64,000 nucleotides of DNA. Source: Gammaproteobacteria bacterium. Its GTDB lineage: Bacteria > Pseudomonadota > Gammaproteobacteria > Steroidobacterales > Foliamicaceae. The DNA lies in NCBI GenBank assembly GCA_965213995.1, contig OZ243929.1:1807-65806 (forward strand). The letters run 5' to 3'. The position numbers and the translations under genes were made by a program. This document shows, piece by piece, positions 17,341-24,572 of the stretch (its first letter is position 1; each line of letters starts with the position of its first letter). The notes under the pieces are model-generated. The model saw nothing but the letters and a program-made list of their open reading frames with translations. It did no database searches and was not told where the DNA came from.

Positions 17341-17697
17341 CGGCGGTATCCTTAGTAGTTGACACTGCTAAGTGTACACTACGAGCGCTGCCTACTGCAT
17401 GCCGGATTAGGGAAAACATCGTAGCACAGTTCCCGTTAATAGCCTTTGATGGATTGCAGCGTGTTTAGTCCCAAATATGGCGAACCCGCACAGGATGAAT
17501 TGCAGAATTCCGTGCATGTCATCATGTGCAACCCGACCCGGGTAGTATCGGTCCGAATCGCGGATGACGGATGGCGACCGATAGCGGATATAACCGGGGC
17601 CGTCCTGAAACCGGAAATCCTGGACGGAAGGCGGCTTTCGGGCCGCCATTTCCCGCGCAAGCCGGGGGAGATGGACCGCATGCTATGATCCCGGCCC

Positions 17698-18669
17698 ATG
17701 AGCGCTGCCACGGAAAGCGCTGCTCGGCCCCCCGGGCGGCTGACCCGCTTGGAGAGTTCGGCGCTCCGGGCGATTCGCGCTGCTGCGCTTTCCAGCCGCC
17801 GTCCGGCCATGCTCTTCTCGGCCGGAAAGGATTCGTGCGCGGTCCTTCACTTGGCGCGCAAGGCTTTTGCGCCGGCGTCGCCTCCGTTCCCGCTGCTGAG
17901 CGTGGACACCACTTGGGATTTTCCTGAAATCCATTCCTTTCGCGACCGGGCCGCTAGAAGCGCGGGAATGGAGCTGATGGTCCAAGTGAATCGCGAGGGA
18001 GCGCGCCGGGGAGTGGGGCCGTTCACGCATGGCGCCGCCGAGCATATCCGGGTTATGAAGAGCGTTGCGCTTGAGCAGGCGCTGGACCAGCATGGTTTTG
18101 ACGCGCTCATTGACGGGGCGCGGGGTGACGAGAGAAGAGTTCGCGAGAGCGTCGGCGTTAATGCGGCCGGCCCGCAGGCTATAGCGGGGGGCGGTCTCGG
18201 CGTGGCCGTCATTGAGGACGCAAGCGCCGCCGGACGGCAGGCTTCGGCGGGGGAGGGCACCCGTCCGGTCGCGATGGGGGATGCAAGCGCGGGCCAAGGA
18301 CTGGCGCGCGTGTTCCCGCTCGCTGGCTGGACGGAGCTGGATGTTTGGCGCTATATCGCGCGGGAGGGCATCGAAGTGGCCTCTCTCTATTTTGCGGCGG
18401 AGCGGCCCGTTGTGTCCCGAAACGGGCTGCTTGTCATGCGCGTTGACGAGCGGATGAAGCTGGCGGATGGCGAGCGGGAGCAAGCGGCCAAAGTGCGCTT
18501 CCGCTCGCTGGGCTGCTGGCCGCTCACCGGGGCGGTGCGCTCCGAAGCGCAGGATGCAGCGGCGGTTTTGCGGGAGCTGGGCCGGGAGCTGGGCTCCGAG
18601 CGCGGCGGTCGCGCCGAAGACCGCGCCGATCAAAAAGGTTCAAACGCCCAAAGCAGCGGCTACTTCTGA
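17698..18669 (+). CDS. cysD: Sulfate adenylyltransferase subunit 2-like (CysD/PAPS-reductase superfamily) with an atypical central segment
   Basis: MLFSAGKDSCAVLHLARKAF, PFPLLSVDTTWDFPE, VFPLAGWTELDVWRYI, RFRSLGCWPLTGAV and the C-terminal SGYF all match CysD. Residues ~147-203 are Ala/Gly-rich and do not match the usual core. Confidence 0.75.
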   Translation: MSAATESAARPPGRLTRLESSALRAIRAAALSSRRPAMLFSAGKDSCAVLHLARKAFAPASPPFPLLSVDTTWDFPEIHSFRDRAARSAGMELMVQVNREGARRGVGPFTHGAAEHIRVMKSVALEQALDQHGFDALIDGARGDERRVRESVGVNAAGPQAIAGGGLGVAVIEDASAAGRQASAGEGTRPVAMGDASAGQGLARVFPLAGWTELDVWRYIAREGIEVASLYFAAERPVVSRNGLLVMRVDERMKLADGEREQAAKVRFRSLGCWPLTGAVRSEAQDAAAVLRELGRELGSERGGRAEDRADQKGSNAQSSGYF

Positions 18670-18671
18670 TA

Positions 18672-19226
18672 ATGCCTCGGTTCGATTCTCCCGTATCGCG
18701 GCGGCCCTTCGCACTGTGGCTGACCGGCCTGCCCGCGGCAGGAAAGAGCACTCTCGCCGAAGGTGTCGCAAGCCTTCTGCGCGATTCCGGCTTGGCCGTG
18801 TGCGTGCTCGACGGCGATGTCATGCGCCGCGGGCTGAATGCCGACCTCGGATTCAGCGAAGCCGGTCGCGACGAGAATGTGCGGCGGGCGGCGGAGGTCG
18901 CCAAGCTGCTTCTCGATTCCGGAATCATCGTGGTCGCGGCGCTGATCTCGCCGTTTCGGGCCGCGCGGGCGCGGGCGCGGGAAATCGCGGGCGCAGGCCG
19001 GTTTATCGAGGTTTTCGTTGACGCGCCGCTGGAGATCTGCCACAAGCGCGATCCCAAAGGGCTGTACGCCAAAGCCCAAGCAGGCGAGATCAGCGCGCTC
19101 ACCGGCATTGATTCGCCCTACGAAACGCCGCTGGATCCGGATTTGCACCTGCGCTCGGGCCGGGAAACACCGCAAGCGCTCGCCAATGAGGTAATGCGCC
19201 ACCTCGGCAAGCAAGGGCGCTTGTAG
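18672..19226 (+). CDS. cysC: Adenylylsulfate (APS) kinase
   Basis: P-loop LTGLPAAGKSTLA, then LDGDVMRRGLNADLGFSEAGRDENVRR and DPKGLYAKA. Confidence 0.9.
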   Translation: MPRFDSPVSRRPFALWLTGLPAAGKSTLAEGVASLLRDSGLAVCVLDGDVMRRGLNADLGFSEAGRDENVRRAAEVAKLLLDSGIIVVAALISPFRAARARAREIAGAGRFIEVFVDAPLEICHKRDPKGLYAKAQAGEISALTGIDSPYETPLDPDLHLRSGRETPQALANEVMRHLGKQGRL

Positions 19227-19273
19227 GCGCCAGCGCCCGGTCCCCGCGCCGCCGCAAGGGTCGCATCCGCAGA

Positions 19274-20968
19274 TTAGAAGAGACCCTCGACTCGTCCGGC
19301 CTGATTGATGCGGATGCTCTCGGCGGCAGGGACCCTGGGCAAACCGGGCATCGTCAGCATGTCGCCGCAGATGGCCACGACAAACTCGGCGCCGCAGGAC
19401 AGGCGAACCTCGCGCACATGGATCGAATGGCCCGAAGGCGCGCCCTTGGCGTTGGGATCGGTCGAGAAGCTGTATTGGGTTTTCGCCATGCAAACCGGGT
19501 AGCGGCCCAAGCCGTCCTCCTCGAACTTGGCGATCTCGGCCAGAACGCCGGGGCCGGCCGATATTTCCGCAGCGCCGTAGATATTCCGGGCCACGGCCTT
19601 GATCTTTTCCCAAAGCCCCATGTCGTCCGGATAGAGGGGCTGGAAGTTGGCGGCGCCGCTATCCGCCGCTTCCGCCACTTTCCGGGCCAGATTCTCGCCG
19701 CCGGCGCCGCCGTTCGCCCAGTGGGTGCATTCGACGGCGGAAGCGCCGCGGCTCTCGCAGTAGTCGCGAACAGCGGCGAATTCGGCATCGGTATCGGCAG
19801 TGAAGCGGTTGACGCCAACCACTGCCGGCACGCCGAAGCGGGCGATATTGTCGAGATGGCGGCCAAGGTTGACGAGGCCCGCGCGGACCGCTTCGACATT
19901 CTCGGCGCCAAGGTCGGCGAGCGCCACGCCGCCGTGCATTTTGAGGGCGCGGATGGTTGCCACCACCACCACCGCGTCTGGCTTCAGACCCGCCTTCCGG
20001 CACTTGATATTGAAGAATTTCTCGGCTCCCAGATCCGCTCCGAACCCGGCTTCGGTGACTGTGTAATCGGCGAGCTTGAGGCCAAGCCGGGTTGCCATGA
20101 CCGAATTGCAGCCGTGCGCGATATTGGCGAAGGGCCCGCCGTGGATCAACGCGGGAGTGCCCTCCAGAGTCTGGACGAGATTCGGCATGAGCGCGTCCTT
20201 CAATAGCACGGTCATGGCGCCGTCCGCTTGAAGATCGCGCGAATAACGGGATTCGCGCGCGCGGGTCTGCCCGATCACAATATTGCCGAGGCGGCGCTCC
20301 AAGTCCGCAAGCCCCTCTGCCAGGCAGAAGATCGCCATGACTTCGGATGCCACCGTAATATCGAAGCCGGACTCTCGCGGGTAGCCGTTCCCGATGCCTC
20401 CGAGCGCGATCGATAGCTTGCGCAGCGCGCGGTCGTTCATGTCCACCACCCGGCCCCAAGCGGCGCGCCGGACATCGATCCCCAGCGCGTTGCCCCAGTG
20501 GATATGGTTATCGACCATCGCCGCAAGCAGATTGTGGGCGGCGCTGATCGCGTGGAAGTCGCCGGTGAAATGCAGGTTGATGCTCTCCATGGGCACGACT
20601 TGGGCGTAGCCGCCTCCCGCCGCGCCGCCCTTCATTCCGAAGCACGGCCCCAGGCTCGGCTCGCGAAGGCAGAGGATGGCTTGTTTGCCGATGCGGCTTA
20701 AGCCGTCTCCAAGCCCCACCGAGGTCGTGGTCTTGCCTTCTCCGGCCGGGGTTGGAGTGATTCCGGTAACCAGAATCAGCTTGCCGTCCGGGCGATCGCC
20801 GAGCGAATTGAAATATTCAAGCCCGATCTTGGCCTTGTCGCGGCCGTAGGGGAACAAGTGTTCGCCGGGGATGCCTGCCTTGTCCCCGATCTCTTCGATG
20901 GGGCGGATCTGCGCCGCGCGCGCGATCTCGATATCGCTGAGTACGGGAACTCCGCTTTTTCCGCTCAT
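19274..20968 (-). CDS. fhs: Formate-tetrahydrofolate ligase
   Basis: 564 aa with [21 protein letters not shown] and the full-length family pattern. Confidence 0.95.
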   Translation of the reverse strand: MSGKSGVPVLSDIEIARAAQIRPIEEIGDKAGIPGEHLFPYGRDKAKIGLEYFNSLGDRPDGKLILVTGITPTPAGEGKTTTSVGLGDGLSRIGKQAILCLREPSLGPCFGMKGGAAGGGYAQVVPMESINLHFTGDFHAISAAHNLLAAMVDNHIHWGNALGIDVRRAAWGRVVDMNDRALRKLSIALGGIGNGYPRESGFDITVASEVMAIFCLAEGLADLERRLGNIVIGQTRARESRYSRDLQADGAMTVLLKDALMPNLVQTLEGTPALIHGGPFANIAHGCNSVMATRLGLKLADYTVTEAGFGADLGAEKFFNIKCRKAGLKPDAVVVVATIRALKMHGGVALADLGAENVEAVRAGLVNLGRHLDNIARFGVPAVVGVNRFTADTDAEFAAVRDYCESRGASAVECTHWANGGAGGENLARKVAEAADSGAANFQPLYPDDMGLWEKIKAVARNIYGAAEISAGPGVLAEIAKFEEDGLGRYPVCMAKTQYSFSTDPNAKGAPSGHSIHVREVRLSCGAEFVVAICGDMLTMPGLPRVPAAESIRINQAGRVEGLF

Positions 20969-21179
20969 GCTGCCTCCCTCCGGCGCAAGCCGGACATGCT
21001 CGCCAAATGCTGGCTCCCTGCTTTCGATCCGCCCTTCCGCGGCGGAATGTTAGTGGATTGGCCGATGAAGTGGCAAGCCGCGCGCGCCTTGCGCAGCCGC
21101 TTAAGAATGCCCGGCCGATGCCTGTTCATGATCGGCAGCAAGCAGGCTATCAATCGCTTCGGGCCTCGTCTGGCGGGGA

Positions 21180-21329
21180 TCAGTGCCGCCGGCGGGCGAT
21201 ATCGTCCGGCGATACGCTGGCTTCCCGGACGCGCTTTTTCGCCCGCCGGGCGCGCAGCCTCCGAAACAGCACCGCGCCCGCCACCACCGCCACGATCAGC
21301 AGCGCCAAGGCTTCCTGTATGCCAGGCAT
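21180..21329 (-). CDS. Small single-TM protein translationally coupled to feoB (49 aa)
   Basis: Its ATG overlaps the feoB TGA (minus strand reads TGATG at 21331-21327). The sequence is MPGIQEALALLIVAVVAGAVLFRRLRARRAKK... It is an internal start of track ORF 21180-21455. Confidence 0.35.
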   Translation of the reverse strand: MPGIQEALALLIVAVVAGAVLFRRLRARRAKKRVREASVSPDDIARRRH

Positions 21330-23488
21330 CACCGGGCCAGCTGATAGGTGAGCATGCCGGCCAGCCAAGCGAAGCCGGTCATGTAGATCCACGTCCCGGC
21401 GGCCCAGCGCCAGCTGTTGGTTTCGCGCCCGATCACCGCGACGGTGGACACGCATTGCAGGGCGAAGGCGTAGAACGCCAGCAGCCCCAAGGCCATTGCC
21501 AAGGTGAAGACCGGGCGCCCGTCCGGCCAGCGGGATTCCCGCAGGCGGTCGCGCAAACCCGCTTCGTCGCCAGCGTCGGCGCCTAGCGCATAGACGGTGC
21601 CCATCACGCCGATCACCACTTCGCGCGCCGGGAAACCGGCCGCCACCGATGCCGATACCCGCCAGTCCCAGCCCAGCGGCCTGAAGGCCGGTTCAATGAA
21701 TTTCCCGATGCGTCCTAGGAAGCTGTGCTCCAACTGCGCCGCCCGCTCCTGGGCATTGATCCGCTGCAAAGCCAGCTTGGCGCCTTCGGCATCTTCCCGC
21801 TGAACGGCAAGGGCGGCGCGCTGCTCGGCGAATTCCCGCTGTATCGCCTCGGAGCGCGGGAAATAGCCGAGCGCCCAGATCACCAAGCATGCCGCCGCGA
21901 TGACCGTGCCCGCGCGCGCTAGGAACACCTTCGCCCGCCCCAGCAGCTTCAGGCCCAAAACGCGCGGATTGGGCCAGCGGAAGGGCGGCATTTCCATGAG
22001 AAAGGAGTCGCGCCCCCCGCGCAGCGCGGTTCTGCGCGTGAGCACCGCGCTGAGCGCCCCGCCGGCGATGCCGAGAAGATACAGGCCCAGCAGCAGCAGT
22101 CCGTGCAGATTGATCCAGCCGTTCAGATAGTGGGCGGGCGGCACGAAGCCTGAGATCAGCAGGGCGTAAACCGGCAGCCGGGCGGAGCAGGTCATCAGCG
22201 GTATCGCCACGATCGTGGCCAGACGCGGCCGCCGGGCGCCGATCATTCTTGTGGACATGATGGCGGGCACCGCGCAAGCAAAGCCGGACAGCAGGGGGAT
22301 GAAGGATTGCCCCGACATTCCGCAGAGGCGGAGCAGCCGGTCCATTAAAAAGGAAGCCCGCGCCAGGTAGCCGCAATCCTCCAGGAACAGCACCAGCGCG
22401 AAGAGGATCACGATTTGCGGCAGGAACACCATCACCGCGCCCACTCCCGACCAGAGCCCGTCCACCAGAAGGCTGGCCAGAGCGCCTGGCGGCAGGATGC
22501 TCAGGGCGTGGCCGCCGACCGTCTCGAACAGTCCGCTGATGGCCTCCATCAGCGGCGCGCCCCAGGCGAATACAGCCTGGAAAACAGCGCTCATCACGCC
22601 AAGAAACACAACCACGCCCAAAACGGGGTGGTTGACGGCGCGCTCCAGCCAGCTTTCGCGGATGCCGGCCTCGGGCGGCGCGGCAATCAGCGCGTTCTCC
22701 AGCCATTGGTCAACCAGCCGGTACCTGCGTTCCGCCTCGCAGCATTGCAGGCTGGGTCCGCCCGCCGACTTGAGGGCTTGGCCGCGCGCCCGCTCAAGAG
22801 CCCGCTTCGCTTCGGGGCCGCCGATAGCCGCCAGCCGCCGCTCGAATTCGCCATCCTCGTCGATGATGGCCCGCTCCAGCGCCAGCATGGCCATGCCGGG
22901 CGACTCGATCCGGGCAGCGAGCTCAAGCGCGGCCCGGCGCACCTCCGGCATGGCCCGCTCCGGTTCCGGCGGGGCCTGTGATAGCACGCGTTCGAGCATT
23001 CCGCGCAGCTTTTCGATCCCTTTGCCCCGATTTGCCGTCATAGGGACAACCGGCGCGCCGATTTGCGCGGCAAGCCGCGCGGCGTCGATTTCCGTTTTTC
23101 TGCTCCGGGCAATGTCCTGCATATTCAAGGCCACGGCCACGGGAAGCCCCAGTTCGCGGGACTGGGAGAACAGATGCAGGCTGCGCCTCAGGTTGGAAGC
23201 ATCGGCCACCAGCAGCAGCGCGTCGGGCCTGCGCAAACCGGCGGCTGCGCCTAGGATGGCATCCAAGGCGATGCCGGATTCGGGGCTGTCGGCCGCCAAG
23301 GAGTAGGTTCCCGGCAAGTCAACGACATCGATTTCCGCCGATCCGATCCGGGCGCGGCCGGTAATCCGCTCCACCGTCACGCCCGGATAATTGCCGGTCT
23401 TCTGGCGCAGGCCGGTTAAGCGGTTGAATACGGTGCTCTTGCCGGTGTTGGGGGCGCCCAGCACCGCAACCAGGGGACGCTGCGGCAT
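21329..23488 (-). CDS. feoB: Ferrous iron transporter FeoB
   Basis: N-terminal G domain VAVLGAPNTGKSTVFNRLTG...GNYPGVTVE followed by a polytopic membrane domain. Confidence 0.95.
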   Translation of the reverse strand: MPQRPLVAVLGAPNTGKSTVFNRLTGLRQKTGNYPGVTVERITGRARIGSAEIDVVDLPGTYSLAADSPESGIALDAILGAAAGLRRPDALLLVADASNLRRSLHLFSQSRELGLPVAVALNMQDIARSRKTEIDAARLAAQIGAPVVPMTANRGKGIEKLRGMLERVLSQAPPEPERAMPEVRRAALELAARIESPGMAMLALERAIIDEDGEFERRLAAIGGPEAKRALERARGQALKSAGGPSLQCCEAERRYRLVDQWLENALIAAPPEAGIRESWLERAVNHPVLGVVVFLGVMSAVFQAVFAWGAPLMEAISGLFETVGGHALSILPPGALASLLVDGLWSGVGAVMVFLPQIVILFALVLFLEDCGYLARASFLMDRLLRLCGMSGQSFIPLLSGFACAVPAIMSTRMIGARRPRLATIVAIPLMTCSARLPVYALLISGFVPPAHYLNGWINLHGLLLLGLYLLGIAGGALSAVLTRRTALRGGRDSFLMEMPPFRWPNPRVLGLKLLGRAKVFLARAGTVIAAACLVIWALGYFPRSEAIQREFAEQRAALAVQREDAEGAKLALQRINAQERAAQLEHSFLGRIGKFIEPAFRPLGWDWRVSASVAAGFPAREVVIGVMGTVYALGADAGDEAGLRDRLRESRWPDGRPVFTLAMALGLLAFYAFALQCVSTVAVIGRETNSWRWAAGTWIYMTGFAWLAGMLTYQLAR

Positions 23489-23497
23489 TTCCGTTGC

Positions 23498-23746
23498 TCA
23501 GGACGCCGCGGAAACGGCCGCTACGCGCACTCGCCTGGATTGTTCCCGCCGCAGGCAAAGCGGGTGCCCGCCGGCCGATACTTCAAGCGGATCGCCGCCG
23601 AATGCCCGGCGCCGCACCCGCACAGCCACGCCTGGAACGAGTCCAAGCGTGAGCAGTTCCCGCGCTTGGCGTCCTTGCCCCAGGATCGAGCGGATTATGC
23701 TGCTGCTGCCCACGGGCAGTTCATCCAAACCGATTTCCCGCATCAA
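23498..23746 (-). CDS. feoA: FeoA (SH3-like ferrous iron transport protein A)
   Basis: 82 aa with LDELPVGSSSIIRSI...LGLVPGVAVRV, ending 10 nt before feoB. Confidence 0.85.
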   Translation of the reverse strand: MMREIGLDELPVGSSSIIRSILGQGRQARELLTLGLVPGVAVRVRRRAFGGDPLEVSAGGHPLCLRREQSRRVRVAAVSAAS

Positions 23747-23788
23747 TGAGTGCTACCAAGAAATAAACGCGCTTGCGAGTCTAGCATG

Positions 23789-23805
23789 AATGTTAATCAT
23801 TAACA
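23789..23805. promoter_or_regulatory. Fur-box-like perfect palindrome ATGTTAAT-C-ATTAACAT upstream of feoA
   Basis: An 8-1-8 perfect palindrome, AT-rich within GC-rich DNA, about 45 nt upstream of the feoA start. It resembles the Fur consensus GATAATGATAATCATTATC. Confidence 0.6.
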
Positions 23806-23863
23806 TAAAAGAGCCTTGTCCAATGAGGCATGAGCCTGAACGGCGGCGCCGGATCCAACGAGG

Positions 23864-24112
23864 CTAGCCCGCATATTGCGCCAAGCCGCTTGTTGCCTTC
23901 CTTATTTTGCTGATTAGTCAATGGCTTGTGCCCGGAATGTCCGCTTTCCGCCTAATGCGGAACGCGCTGGCCGCGTTCCCGCTGGTCTTTTGCCCGCTTG
24001 CGCGCGCATGCTCGCTGCGCCATAGGCATGGCTATGCCTTCGCTCGCGAGCACGCGCAATCGGGCAAAATCCTGCGCGGCCTCCGCGCCCCTTGGTGCAA
24101 TATCCGGGCTAG
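23864..24112. mobile_element. MITE-like 249-bp element E with 22-bp terminal inverted repeats, containing a family hairpin (23988-24069)
   Basis: The left end CTAGCCCGCATATTGCGCCAAG matches the reverse complement of 24091-24112, CTAGCCCGGATATTGCACCAAG, at 20 of 22 positions. Inner hairpin: arms 23988-24004 and 24053-24069 with a 48-nt loop. No transposase gene is present. Confidence 0.55.
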
Positions 24113-24178
24113 GATCCCGCTCCGTCGGCGGCGCAGCACGCGCCCGGGCAGCGCCATTCGGTATAATTTCGCTTCGTC

Positions 24179-24514
24179 ATGGTGGCCAAGCCCCTCTACC
24201 GGATCAGCTTCCTCAACCAGGGAAAGGTGTATGACATGTATGCCCGCAGCGTATCGCAGGGCGGCATGTTCGGCTTCGTCGAAGTGGAAGGCTTGGAGTT
24301 CGGCAAGCGCACTTCGCTGGTCGTGGATCCCGGCGAAGAGCGCATCAAGAGCGAGTTCTCCGGCGTTCGGCGAACCTATATTCCGCTTCATTGCGTGCTG
24401 CGGATCGATGAAGTCGATAAACGCGGCATCAGCAAGATATCGGCGGTCGAGGAAGGCAACGTGACACCGTTTCCGGCGCCGGTGTATGCGCCCGGAGGCG
24501 CCGGTTCCGATTAG
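24179..24514 (+). CDS. DUF1820-family protein
   Basis: 111 aa with YRISFLNQGKVYDMYARSV. It sits upstream of purL, as is common in Gammaproteobacteria. Confidence 0.8.
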   Translation: MVAKPLYRISFLNQGKVYDMYARSVSQGGMFGFVEVEGLEFGKRTSLVVDPGEERIKSEFSGVRRTYIPLHCVLRIDEVDKRGISKISAVEEGNVTPFPAPVYAPGGAGSD

Positions 24515-24572
24515 GATCTGTTGCCGTAGCGGCTTGATGCGACGCTTGGCTGTTGCTGTAGGCGGCTGAGGG

